Assembly: GCA_040260805.1 (NCBI GenBank)
Contig: JBDQPD010000012.1
Location: 1-46,342, forward strand
Origin: Myxococcota bacterium
GTDB taxonomy: Bacteria > Myxococcota > UBA4151
Direction of reading: 5' to 3'
DNA length: 46,342 bases
The notes beneath the pieces are model-generated. The model was not told where the DNA came from. It did no database searches and worked only from the letters and a program-made list of their open reading frames with translations. Below are positions 10,399 through 19,248 of the stretch, piece by piece. A program made the position numbers and the translations under genes. How positions within the stretch are numbered: the stretch's first letter is position 1; every line of letters begins with the position of its first letter.

Positions 10399-11192
10399 CG
10401 CTGATCATGATCCCTGCGCTGATGTTTGCGCAGGTCAATAATCCGATGCTCAACATGGAGCCTGATGGGCTTGACCGCGCGCCTGAGCGCGTCGAAGCCG
10501 AGCAGGAGACAGACCCGCTGAAATATCGGGCAAAAGCCAAGGCGCTTTATGAGCGCGCCCAAAAGCTCTTGAAGGGTGATTTGGGGATCGAAGCTGCCCA
10601 GACCTTTCGCACCGTGATCGAGAAGTACCCCTTCTCCCGTTACGCCGTTCTTGCCGAGCTTGGCCATGCCCAAGCGCTTGCGACTCAAGGCGAGGCAGAG
10701 GGCGCATTGGACGGCTTTACACGGTTCCTAAAGCAACACCCAGGGCACCCAAAAACAGCCGACGTGCGCTTTGCAATCATGGAGACCAACTGGGCCGAGC
10801 GCCCAGGAGACTTTGCCTTGCTACCGCCCGCTTATGAGCGGGATTTAGAGGACGCTCGCGCGACGGTGATCGCAGCGAATGCGTTTTTGAGGTTTCACGC
10901 TGATGACCAGCGCACGGAAAAAGTTCGGGCGATCAAGTCCAAAGCGAGGGGATTGCTCTACCAGCAAGCCGTATTTCTTGCTCGTTGGACAGCCGACCAA
11001 GGTCGGCATCAAGCTGCCCTGTCGCGCTGGCAGATGGCGCGGACGGAGTTTGCAGATCAACCACTCACTGACCCGGACAAGGCGTGGCTCAAAGTCTTGA
11101 CGCAAAGAGCTTCTGCAGACCCGGTCAAGCATCCGGAGGAGCCCAAACTTCACCCCGAAGCTTCGGTGACGGGGAAGGAGTCTCAACCGTGA
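10395..11192 (+). CDS. bamD: Outer-membrane protein assembly factor BamD (YfiO-like TPR protein)
   Basis: LYERA, KYPFSRYA..AEL, FLKQHPGHP, PPAYERD patterns typical of BamD; no clear lipobox cysteine. Confidence 0.75.
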   Translation: MTLIMIPALMFAQVNNPMLNMEPDGLDRAPERVEAEQETDPLKYRAKAKALYERAQKLLKGDLGIEAAQTFRTVIEKYPFSRYAVLAELGHAQALATQGEAEGALDGFTRFLKQHPGHPKTADVRFAIMETNWAERPGDFALLPPAYERDLEDARATVIAANAFLRFHADDQRTEKVRAIKSKARGLLYQQAVFLARWTADQGRHQAALSRWQMARTEFADQPLTDPDKAWLKVLTQRASADPVKHPEEPKLHPEASVTGKESQP

Positions 11193-12259
11193 GCGCGCAT
11201 CAACTCCGTTTTATCAGCGGCAAGTATCAAGGCGGAACCTATCAGCTAACCGACGGTGACGAGGTCGTCATGGGGCGCGGCATGGACGCTGGGCTGACCT
11301 TATTTGAAGAGATGGTGAGTCGTCACCATGCGCGGTTTAGTGTCGAAAAGGGCTCGGTGGTCGTCGAGGACTTGCGCTCGAAAAATGGAACGTTCGTCAA
11401 CGGCGAGCGGGTTGAGCGCTGCGAGCTAGCGGTTGGTGATCGGATTTTGATGGGGACTTCGATCCTGCGGCTTGAAGAGCTCGCAAGCGGTACGACTCAA
11501 GCCGACTCCGAAGCCTTGGTGGCCGCCCACGAGGTGGCTGCTCTTGAACCAGAGCAAGCAGAGCGCGCCGCTGCGCTGGAAACGATGGTTCCCTCAGCTG
11601 ATGATTTCGATGATCTGGATTTTGATGAATCGAGTTTGACGGGAGCGACGGCAACCTCGGTAGCGGCTGCGATCGCTTCGATGGCTGAAGACGGCGATGA
11701 TGAAGACGCTGACGAAGAGGAAGAAGCTGAGCACCAATCGGCGGAAGCCGAACCCGTAGAAGATGACGAGCCGTAGCTGGTAGACCTTGAGACCGCAGAT
11801 GAAGAGCCTGTGCTCGAACCCGACGAGATGGTTTTTGATGACCCCATCGATGAACCTGCCGATGAGCAGGTCCATACAGAGTCGGATACTAAGCCACCAG
11901 AGGACCAGGCCTTGTTGGATGGCTCTGATGACGACGAGGTGGACCCCTTCGCCGATGATCTAGGTGATTCGGTTGAGTCAGAGTTAACGGTCCCGGGCGA
12001 TACCGCAGCCACTGGCCACTCGGGCGTTGACGAAACGGCTTATCGCGAGCGTTGGGGGGATGCGCCTTTGAGTGTTTATCTCGCACATCCGATGCAGCCG
12101 AGCCTGGAATTCTTGAGTCCTGAGCAGTTGAGTGCGTTGCAAGCAGCGCATAATCACGGAAATTTGAGCGGCATCGCTGAGGCGCTTCGCAAAGACGACG
12201 AGCGAGTGAAAAAGACGGTCACCTTTTTGCTGCGCTCTGGTTATCTCGAAGGAACCTGA
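11189..12259 (+). CDS. FHA-domain protein with long acidic linker, interrupted by an in-frame TAG at 11774-11776 (nonsense allele, readthrough or sequence error)
   Basis: AAGGAG SD + GTG at 11189; FHA residues GR, S..H, NGTFVNG. The downstream ORF 11810-12259 is in the same frame and the acidic sequence continues across the TAG. Confidence 0.8.
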
Positions 12260-12343
12260 GTCGAACTTTGCCATTTCCTGTTGAACCCGGGGCTAAGGTC
12301 GTGCAGTAGGCGTCCGCCCCGTAGGGGCACACACCTGGCTTCA

Positions 12344-12418
12344 TGGCGCGTCGTCTAATGGCAGGACACTGGTTTTTGGTACCAGCCGTTGTAGGTTCGA
12401 GTCCTACCGCGCCAGCCA
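12344..12418 (+). tRNA. tRNA-Gln (anticodon TTG)
   Basis: Acceptor stem TGGCGCG/CGCGCCA, anticodon arm CTGGT-TTTTGGT-ACCAG, T-loop TTCGAGT, discriminator G and encoded CCA; usual position upstream of prs. Confidence 0.96.
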
Positions 12419-12439
12419 AATCCGCCGGGTGAACGAGGG

Positions 12440-13423
12440 ATGGGTTCTGCAATGGCAACCCGAGGTAAGATTAAGGTCTTTGCGGGCAACGGATGCCCGC
12501 AACTGGCCGAGTCTATCTGCGAAGCGCTTGGTGTGCCGATGGGCCAGGCAACCGTTGGCCGGTTCAGTGATGGCGAAGTTAACATCGACATCATGGAATC
12601 GGTTCGTGGGTGCGATGTGTTTGTGATTCAAAGCACCAGCGCTCCGGCCAACGACCACCTGATGGAGCTGTTGGTGATGGTCGATGCGCTCAAACGCGCA
12701 TCGGCAGAGAACATCACCGCCGTCATCCCGTACTACGGCTATGCTCGTCAGGATCGAAAGGCCTCGCCTCGGGCTCCTATCTCGGCGCGCTTGATCGCTG
12801 ACTTGCTGCTGACAGCAGGCGTCAATCGAGTTCTGTCGATGGAGTTTCATGCAGGGCAGATCCAGGGCTTCTTTAATGCCCCTGTGGATCATCTGTACGC
12901 CATGCCGGTCATGCGCAGTTACCTCGCCGATCATTTCCGCGAGCTGGGCGTCGAAGACCCTCAGCAGCAGCTGGTGGTGGTGAGTCCGGATGCGGGTGGT
13001 GTTGAGAAGGCACGTGCTTATGCTCGCCGTTTGGGCGCGTCGTTAGCGATTATCGACAAGCGTCGTGAGCGAGCGAATCAGAGTAAAGTGATGAACTTGG
13101 TGGGTGAAGTGGAAGGCCGCCACGCGTTGTTGGTCGATGACATGATCGATACCGCGGGAACGCTCTGTCATGCTGCCGAGGCGGTCAAAGCGCATGGCGC
13201 ATTGTCCGTTCGAGCTGCTGCGACCCATGCGGTTCTGAGCGGCCCGGCGAAAGAGCGGCTCATGAATTCGGTGATCGAAGAGGTGGTGGTCTCGAATACG
13301 ATTCCCCATGATACGATCGCTGAGGACTGCCCCAAGGTGACGGTCTTGAGTGTGGCGCGGCTCTTCGCTGAGGCCATCTCTCGAGTGAATTCGAGTCGAA
13401 GTATTTCGAACCTCTTTGAATAA
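12440..13423 (+). CDS. prs: Ribose-phosphate pyrophosphokinase
   Basis: FSDGE, PYYGYARQDRK, SPDAGG, DDMIDTAGTL. Start may be 12452. Confidence 0.97.
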   Translation: MGSAMATRGKIKVFAGNGCPQLAESICEALGVPMGQATVGRFSDGEVNIDIMESVRGCDVFVIQSTSAPANDHLMELLVMVDALKRASAENITAVIPYYGYARQDRKASPRAPISARLIADLLLTAGVNRVLSMEFHAGQIQGFFNAPVDHLYAMPVMRSYLADHFRELGVEDPQQQLVVVSPDAGGVEKARAYARRLGASLAIIDKRRERANQSKVMNLVGEVEGRHALLVDDMIDTAGTLCHAAEAVKAHGALSVRAAATHAVLSGPAKERLMNSVIEEVVVSNTIPHDTIAEDCPKVTVLSVARLFAEAISRVNSSRSISNLFE

Positions 13424-13484
13424 GAAGCGCTCATGCGAGGCTGCAATGAAGCAGCGTGATCGTGGAGCGACGTAGGAGAAAGAC

Positions 13485-14081
13485 ATGCATATTCTTAAAG
13501 CCGAGAGCCGGACGAAAACCGGAAAAGGCAACAACCGACGGCTTCGATCTGCAGGCAAGACGCCAGGTGTTTTGTACGGTGGTGAGGGCGATTCGAGCAG
13601 CGTCTCGGTCGATGCTGCAGAGTTGGGTCGCCTGCTGCGCAGCGCCCATCGTCGCAACACCCTGATCGGTCTCGAGATTGATGGCAACAAAGCCGAACCG
13701 GTGCTGGTCAGCGAACTTCAATCGGATCCGATCACGCGCCAACTGATTCATGCAGACTTCGTGCGCGTGGATCTAACCAGCCCGATTACGGTCAAGGTCC
13801 CTGTCGAGATGGTCGGCAAAGCTAAGGGTGTCTTGATCGGCGGCCGGATGCGCTTAGTTCGCCGTGTGGTGGACTTGAGCTGCTTGCCTGAGGTGATCCC
13901 ATCCTCCTTCCCGGTTGATGTGACACCGCTCGACGGTGACGAGGCTTTTCGTTTCAGCGAGTGCCCTGCCGCTGACGGCATTGAGAAGGTCTTCAAGAAC
14001 GACTTCGTAGTCGTTCAGTGCGTCAAGGGACGTGAAGCACGTCAAGCCGATGCGGATGATGCCAACGCCGAAGAAGCTTAG
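13485..14081 (+). CDS. rplY: 50S ribosomal protein L25/Ctc (long form)
   Basis: RRLR..GKTPGVLYG, HADF, C-terminal Ctc domain; between prs and pth. Confidence 0.95.
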   Translation: MHILKAESRTKTGKGNNRRLRSAGKTPGVLYGGEGDSSSVSVDAAELGRLLRSAHRRNTLIGLEIDGNKAEPVLVSELQSDPITRQLIHADFVRVDLTSPITVKVPVEMVGKAKGVLIGGRMRLVRRVVDLSCLPEVIPSSFPVDVTPLDGDEAFRFSECPAADGIEKVFKNDFVVVQCVKGREARQADADDANAEEA

Positions 14082-14173
14082 GTCGTTTGAACCGAATCCT
14101 TTCATGGTTTCGCCGCAAGAGCTCCGAAGGGCAGTCCGCTCCTCGGGGCTCTTTGCGCGTTGAGGACGCTCCG

Positions 14174-14749
14174 ATGTGGTTGGTGGTGGGCTTGGGTAAC
14201 CCGGGCTCAAAATACGATAAGACGCGTCACAACATCGGTTTTATGGTGGCGGAGCGTCTCGCCGAGCGCGCGGGGTTCAAACTCGACACCAAGAAGTTCA
14301 ATGCGCGCTTCGGTAGTGGTTTGATCGCCGGCCAAAAGGCTGTGGTCGCCAAGCCGCAGACCTTTATGAATTGCAGCGGCGATTCGGTGCAGCCGATGGC
14401 TGCATTTTATAAGCTCTCTTCGCAGCGTGTGATCGTCGTTCATGACGAGCTTGATCTTGGCTTTGGTTGCGTCCGAATCAAGCAGTCTGGGGGCCATGCT
14501 GGCCACAATGGCTTGCGTTCCATCGGTGCGCGATTAGGCGGCGGTGATTACCCGCGCGTTCGGATCGGGATCAGTCGGCCGAGTCATGGCGGTGACGTGA
14601 CCGGACACGTTCTGGGTGCTTTCAGTAGCGGTGAACGCGGGGACTTGGACGAGGTCATCGAGCGAGCATGCGACGCGGTGGAGGCGTTGGTGCGCGATGG
14701 AGTCGTCTCCGCAATGAATACAGTCAACGGTCTGCCCCCCGTTTGCTGA
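14174..14749 (+). CDS. pth: Peptidyl-tRNA hydrolase
   Basis: VGLGNPG..Y..TRHNIGF, KPQTFMN.SG, HDELD, GHNGLRS; GAGGA SD before ATG 14174. Confidence 0.96.
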   Translation: MWLVVGLGNPGSKYDKTRHNIGFMVAERLAERAGFKLDTKKFNARFGSGLIAGQKAVVAKPQTFMNCSGDSVQPMAAFYKLSSQRVIVVHDELDLGFGCVRIKQSGGHAGHNGLRSIGARLGGGDYPRVRIGISRPSHGGDVTGHVLGAFSSGERGDLDEVIERACDAVEALVRDGVVSAMNTVNGLPPVC

Positions 14750-14792
14750 GCCGCAGCGCCGTTTGTCGGTGGGGCTGTCCATCACATCGTCA

Positions 14793-14821
14793 TTGACCCG
14801 CTAGAGGCTCGTCCCTATAGG
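14793..14821 (+). promoter_or_regulatory. Putative sigma70-type promoter of the pyrophosphatase gene
   Basis: TTGACC (14793-14798), 17-bp spacer, TATAGG (14816-14821). Confidence 0.45.
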
Positions 14822-14851
14822 GCGCTCGCTCAAAGCAACTCTATAGGGAGT

Positions 14852-16948
14852 ATGATGTCTATTGATACATGGTTGTATCTAGTCCCCGTGGCCGGTCTCA
14901 TCGGCTTGATCTATGCCTTCGTCACGTCGAAGTGGGTCACCGCTCAAGAAGTGGGCACCGATCGCATGCGGGAGATTTCGAACGATATTAAAGAAGGCGC
15001 CAAAGCCTTCTTAGCAGCTGAGTACAAGGTGCTTGCGATCTTTGTGGTCGTGGTCGCCGTGTTGCTCTCTGTGATGAACAATGGCGAAGCCGCCTCCCAC
15101 GCACTCGTGGGTGTGAGCTTTGTCATCGGTGCGATCTGCTCCGCCGCAGCCGGCTACGCCGGGATGATGGTGGCGACGAGCGCCAATGTGCGGACCGCAC
15201 ACGCTGCGCGATCCGGCCTCTCGGATGCGCTCAAGGTTGCCTTCCGAGGCGGCGCAGTCATGGGCATGAGCGTGGTCGGTTTGGCTTTGCTCGGCTTGGG
15301 TTGCTTGTTCCTTGCTTACTTCAAGCTCGGCGTTGGTGGCTTTGGCGGTGAAGAGAACCTGAGTCGAGCGATTCAGGTGTTGTCCGGCTTCTCGCTGGGC
15401 GCCTCTTCGATCGCCTTGTTTGCTCGCGTGGGCGGCGGTATCTTTACCAAGGCGGCCGATGTCGGCGCCGACTTGGTGGGTAAAGTCGAAGCCGGTATTC
15501 CGGAAGACGATCCGCGCAACCCAGCCACCATCGCTGACAACGTCGGTGACAACGTCGGTGACGTCGCGGGCATGGGTGCTGACTTGTTTGAGTCGTTTGT
15601 TGGCTCGATCATCGGCGCCATGGTGCTCGGCGCGCTCGCTGGCGGTGACGCCGGCGTTCGTGCAGCCGTATTGCCTCTAGCAATCGCTGCTGTGGGTGTG
15701 ATCGTTTCGATCATCTTCACCTACACGGTGAACGTCAAAGAAGGCGGCAACGCACAGCACGCTCTGGATCGCGGAACCTTAGGTGCTGCGGCGGTCATGA
15801 TTGGCGCAACCTACTTCATCGCTGGGATGATCTTACCAGAAGGTGGTTTGATCCTCGACGGTAAGACCGTTGGTGTGATGCAAGTTCTTTATGCTGTGAT
15901 CGGTGGACTTGCTGCTGGTGTGGCTGTCGGCTTTACGACCGAATACTACTGCGCGTGCAACAAGCCGCCAGTGACGAGCATTCGCGACGCCTCAAAGACC
16001 GGTCCTGCGACCAACATCATCGCTGGTGTCGGTGTGGGCTTCCAGTCCACGGCGCTGCCGATGATCCAGATCAGTGCTGCGATCCTTGTGTCGCACCACT
16101 TCGCTGGTCTTTATGGCGTGGCTTTGGCTGCGCTCGGTATGCTCTGCACCACTGGTATCCAGCTGGCTGTTGATGCCTACGGTCCTGTCGCTGACAACGC
16201 CGGCGGTATCGCTGAAATGGCAGCGCTTCCTGCGGAAGTTCGCCAGCGCACCGATAATCTCGATGCAGTGGGCAACACCACGGCTGCGATTGGTAAGGGC
16301 TTTGCTATTGGTTCGGCTGCACTCACTGCGCTAGCGCTTTTCGCTGCGTTTCGCGGCGTAGCGGGCATTGAGACCATCGACTTAGCCAAACCAATGGTTA
16401 TGGTTGGGTTGTTGATCGGTGGTATGCTGCCTTATCTCTTCTCGTCGATGGCGATGAAGGCTGTTGGTTTGGCGGCCAACGAGATGATCGTCGAAGTCCG
16501 TCGTCAGTTCCGTGAGATCCCGGGCCTTAAAGAAGGCAAAGAGGGCGTCAAAGCCGATCACGCAAAATGCGTCGAAATCTCGACTAAGGCTGCGATCAAG
16601 CAGATGATGCTTCCTGGGCTGCTCGCTATTGCAGCTCCAGTGGCTACTGGCTTCTATGATAAGAATATGCTTGCAGGCTTGCTGGCAGGCTCGCTCGTTT
16701 CGGGTGTGCTGCTTGCGATCTTCATGTCCAATTCCGGTGGTGCCTGGGACAATGCGAAGAAGCAGATCGAGGGCGAAGACAAAGATCTCGAGAACGATCA
16801 AGGCAAGGGTTCGGATTCGCACCATGCTGCCGTGATCGGTGATACGGTCGGCGATCCTTTCAAGGATACCGCTGGCCCGGCGCTCAACATCTTGGTCAAG
16901 TTGATGACCGTGGTCGCTCTGGTGATCGCACCGCTGATCGCCAACTAA
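14852..16948 (+). CDS. hppA: Membrane-bound pyrophosphatase, K+-dependent, probably Na+-translocating
   Basis: [53 protein letters not shown] (Ala form = K+-dependent); ADLFES glutamate position as in Na+-PPases. Confidence 0.95.
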   Translation: MMSIDTWLYLVPVAGLIGLIYAFVTSKWVTAQEVGTDRMREISNDIKEGAKAFLAAEYKVLAIFVVVVAVLLSVMNNGEAASHALVGVSFVIGAICSAAAGYAGMMVATSANVRTAHAARSGLSDALKVAFRGGAVMGMSVVGLALLGLGCLFLAYFKLGVGGFGGEENLSRAIQVLSGFSLGASSIALFARVGGGIFTKAADVGADLVGKVEAGIPEDDPRNPATIADNVGDNVGDVAGMGADLFESFVGSIIGAMVLGALAGGDAGVRAAVLPLAIAAVGVIVSIIFTYTVNVKEGGNAQHALDRGTLGAAAVMIGATYFIAGMILPEGGLILDGKTVGVMQVLYAVIGGLAAGVAVGFTTEYYCACNKPPVTSIRDASKTGPATNIIAGVGVGFQSTALPMIQISAAILVSHHFAGLYGVALAALGMLCTTGIQLAVDAYGPVADNAGGIAEMAALPAEVRQRTDNLDAVGNTTAAIGKGFAIGSAALTALALFAAFRGVAGIETIDLAKPMVMVGLLIGGMLPYLFSSMAMKAVGLAANEMIVEVRRQFREIPGLKEGKEGVKADHAKCVEISTKAAIKQMMLPGLLAIAAPVATGFYDKNMLAGLLAGSLVSGVLLAIFMSNSGGAWDNAKKQIEGEDKDLENDQGKGSDSHHAAVIGDTVGDPFKDTAGPALNILVKLMTVVALVIAPLIAN

Positions 16949-16965
16949 ATCCGCTAGGATTGATC

Positions 16966-17004
16966 GCGAGGCGGGGCGGCTTAGGCTGCCTCGTTCTCGT
17001 TTTT
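16966..17004 (+). terminator. Rho-independent terminator after hppA
   Basis: GC-rich stem GCGGGGCGGC-TTAG-GCTGCCTCGT extended by GCGAG/CTCGT, followed by a T run. Confidence 0.7.
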
Positions 17005-17081
17005 CCAACTTTTGCTTTGCGCGCTCGGTTGAGCGCTGATAGGGCGCCTCGCCCTCGGCATTTGGCCAAGGGGGTAACATA

Positions 17082-17124
17082 TCCTCGCATGACCATTGGG
17101 GTCATGCCGTAAGTCCGGGAGGAG
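17082..17124 (+). promoter_or_regulatory. rpsF leader (S6:S18 autoregulatory RNA element)
   Basis: TCCTC can pair with the GAGGA SD; inner hairpin GCATGACC-ATTGG-GGTCATGC followed by CCG, the architecture of the known S6:S18-binding leader. Confidence 0.75.
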
Positions 17125-17129
17125 ATCGA

Positions 17130-17759
17130 ATGATCCGGGAATACGAAACGGTCTGCATTCTCGATCCTGAGTTGGAAGAGCAGGGTAACCTGCAACCCCT
17201 TCTTGAGCGAATCGAAGGCAGCATCTCGAAAGCGGGCGGCACCATGCTTGGCGCCGACCACTGGGGTAAGCGCAAGCTTGCTTATGAAATCAACAAAAAT
17301 AACCGCGGTTACTATGTGCTGCAGAACTACATGGGCGAAAAGTCCACTGTGGTGACCTTGGAAAAGGGTCTGCGCATCATGGACGGTGTGTGGCGTTTCC
17401 TGACGATTCAGCTTGCTGATATCGACGATCCGGAAGCTCGCCTCGCCGAAGCTAAGCTTCAGGCTGAAGCTGCTGCTGCTCAAGCTGCTCAAGCTGCCGC
17501 CGAGGCTGCTGCTGCCGCTGAGGCTGCTGAAGCCGCTGCACAAGCTGCCGCTGAAGCCGCTGCCGAAGCGCCCGCCGCCGAAGCCGCTGCTGAAGAGCCC
17601 GCCGCTGAAGCCGCTGCTGAAGAGCCCGCCGCCGAAGCCGCTGCTGAAGAGCCCGCCGCTGAAGCCGCTGCTGAAGAGCCCGCCGCCGAAGTGAGCGAGC
17701 CTGAGGCTGAAGAAGCTGTGGAAGCTGCAGCTGACGAAGAGGAGAAAACTGATGGCTAA
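17130..17759 (+). CDS. rpsF: 30S ribosomal protein S6 with long Ala/Glu C-terminal extension
   Basis: [22 protein letters not shown]; followed by rpsR and rplI. Confidence 0.95.
   Translation: MIREYETVCILDPELEEQGNLQPLLERIEGSISKAGGTMLGADHWGKRKLAYEINKNNRGYYVLQNYMGEKSTVVTLEKGLRIMDGVWRFLTIQLADIDDPEARLAEAKLQAEAAAAQAAQAAAEAAAAAEAAEAAAQAAAEAAAEAPAAEAAAEEPAAEAAAEEPAAEAAAEEPAAEAAAEEPAAEVSEPEAEEAVEAAADEEEKTDG
17556..17690 (+). repeat. 27-bp tandem repeat x5 within rpsF (AAAE[E/A]PAAE)
   Basis: Unit GCCGCTGCTGAAGAGCCCGCCGCYGAA starting at 17556 (variant), 17583, 17610, 17637, 17664; the Y alternates C/T. Confidence 0.93.
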
Positions 17760-17991
17760 GGAAAAACGTGGAAAGCCTGTGCGCTCTAAGAAGTGCCCTT
17801 TTGAAGCAGATCCTAACCTGAAGATCAGCTACAAAGACGTGAACCTTCTGCGTCGCTTTATCACCGAACGAGGCAAGATCATGCCTGCACGTGTCAGTGG
17901 TGTGAGCGTCAAAGCCCAGCGTAAGCTTGCGGTAGAGATCAAGCGGGCTCGCCAGCTTGCGCTTCTGCCCTACGCTGGTCAGCAAAACTAG
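17752..17991 (+). CDS. rpsR: 30S ribosomal protein S18
   Basis: [22 protein letters not shown]...KAQRKL...[12 protein letters not shown]. Confidence 0.97.
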   Translation: MAKEKRGKPVRSKKCPFEADPNLKISYKDVNLLRRFITERGKIMPARVSGVSVKAQRKLAVEIKRARQLALLPYAGQQN

Positions 17992-17999
17992 GAGGCGTC

Positions 18000-18578
18000 A
18001 TGCAAGTCATTTTACAACGTGATGTGCCCAACTTGGGACTCGTCGGTGAAGTGGTTACGGTCAAGCCGGGTTTCGCACGCAACTATTTGGTGCCCAAGGG
18101 CTTGGCGCTGGTCGCTGACCCGAAAGCTGTGCGCAAATGGGAGCATGCTCAGCGTTTGACTGAGCACGCAAAGCGCAAGGCTGCTACCGAAGCAGAAGGC
18201 CGAGCAACTGCGCTCAATGGCGTGGATCTAACCTTCCCAGTCCGGGTCGGTGAGCAAGATAAGCTCTTCGGTTCGGTGACTAGCCGCGACATCGCACGGG
18301 GTTTGGTTGCGCTCGGACATCCTGTGGATTCTCGTCGCATCGTGCTCGAAGAGCCGATCAAGGCGCTTGGTGTGTATCAAGTCCCGGTCAAGTTGACCGC
18401 TGGCGTCACCGCCGAGGTCAAGGTCTGGGTGGTCGCTGACCGTACTCAGCCGGTCGAGGTGATTGAAACCCCGGCTCCAGAGCCGGTCGTTCAGGAACCT
18501 GTTGAGGAGATGACCGCTGAGGCTGATGCCGACGCTGAAGTCACCGAGACTGGGGAAGAAGAGACCATCGAAGCTTGA
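18000..18578 (+). CDS. rplI: 50S ribosomal protein L9 with acidic C-terminal extension
   Basis: MQVIL..DVPNLG..G..V.VKPGFARNYLVP, KLFGSVT, PIKALG. Confidence 0.97.
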   Translation: MQVILQRDVPNLGLVGEVVTVKPGFARNYLVPKGLALVADPKAVRKWEHAQRLTEHAKRKAATEAEGRATALNGVDLTFPVRVGEQDKLFGSVTSRDIARGLVALGHPVDSRRIVLEEPIKALGVYQVPVKLTAGVTAEVKVWVVADRTQPVEVIETPAPEPVVQEPVEEMTAEADADAEVTETGEEETIEA

Positions 18579-18599
18579 GTTCAACGCGAGCATCGAGTC

Positions 18600-18635
18600 C
18601 AAGCGGGCGCCGTTGTGGCGTCCGCTTGTGTTTTT
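18600..18635 (+). terminator. Rho-independent terminator after rplI
   Basis: Stem CAAGCGGGCGCC / GGCGTCCGCTTG followed by TGTTTTT. Confidence 0.8.
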
Positions 18636-18766
18636 CGTAAAGAGTTCACTTTGGGGGGTCGGATCGCTTGGCGACGCAAACGGCCGCTTGTCAATTCTAG
18701 GTATCATCAGAAAATAGGCAAGATTTCGAAGCTAATACAACGAGCTAGAGCTTGTTGCGGATGGCG

Positions 18767-18795
18767 TTGACGACCCCTATTCTCGGTGCTAGTTG
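18767..18795 (+). promoter_or_regulatory. Putative promoter of the atp operon
   Basis: TTGACG, 17-bp spacer, TG-n-TAGTTG. Confidence 0.35.
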
Positions 18796-18828
18796 CCCGC
18801 TCGTTCAAGGGGAGAGGGCGGCCGGCTT

Positions 18829-19248
18829 ATGTATGTGTCGACTGTTGGCATTCTCGTAATTTTAGTGATCTTCCTAGGATTACTGTTTCTATTTACGCCT
18901 TGGCTATACCGCCCGTATCTGGACCTGCTCGAAGCGCGTGAAGCGCTCGAAGCGCCAGAAGCGAGCGGTTCAGGTGTTCACGCTGTAGATCGTCTTGAGC
19001 GGCGCGTTCAGGCGAAGTGGGAATCGGCTCGTCAAAAGGTCGAGGGCTCTGCTTCGAGCAAGCGTTCGAGTCTGCGTCAGGACGCCCAAGCTAAGATCGG
19101 CGATGCAGGTCAGGCGATCCTCGAGCGCGCTCGCGCGGAAGAGGCTGAGCTAGAAGCCACGATTGATAAAGCTCGTAACGACCTCGAGGGTGACGTCAAG
19201 GCGCTCGCCGACGAGCTGGTTACTAAAGCGTTGGGAAGGAGTGCATAA
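18829..19248 (+). CDS. ATP synthase Fo subunit b'
   Basis: N-terminal TM, LYRPYLDLLEARE, then coiled coil; first gene of the atp cluster. Confidence 0.8.
   Translation: MYVSTVGILVILVIFLGLLFLFTPWLYRPYLDLLEAREALEAPEASGSGVHAVDRLERRVQAKWESARQKVEGSASSKRSSLRQDAQAKIGDAGQAILERARAEEAELEATIDKARNDLEGDVKALADELVTKALGRSA

Noticed and set aside
11774..11776. Genome-wide TAG reassignment as the explanation for the internal amber
   Set aside because: TAG ends well-conserved genes at their expected positions (rplY, rpsR, atpC, lexA), so it is a working stop codon here.
12344..12418. The adjacent tRNA as an amber suppressor for the FHA gene
   Set aside because: Its anticodon is TTG (Gln), not CTA, and it sits in the usual position upstream of prs.
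14087..14173. 29-residue N-terminal extension of Pth
   Set aside because: The TTG start has no SD, whereas ATG 14174 has GAGGA and matches the normal Pth N-terminus.
17556..17690. Tandem repeats here and at 26335-26502 as CRISPR arrays
   Set aside because: No unique spacers, unit lengths are multiples of three inside coding frames, and no cas genes are present.
17413..17985. Alternative-frame and antisense ORFs with repetitive peptides over rpsF and the outer-membrane protein repeat
   Set aside because: They are by-products of stop-free GC-rich tandem repeats.
18636..18766. AT-richer intergenic patch with a small hairpin (CAACGAGC-TAGA-GCTTGTTG) as an sRNA or insertion scar
   Set aside because: No recognisable RNA family, terminal repeats or target duplication; compatible with an ordinary promoter region.
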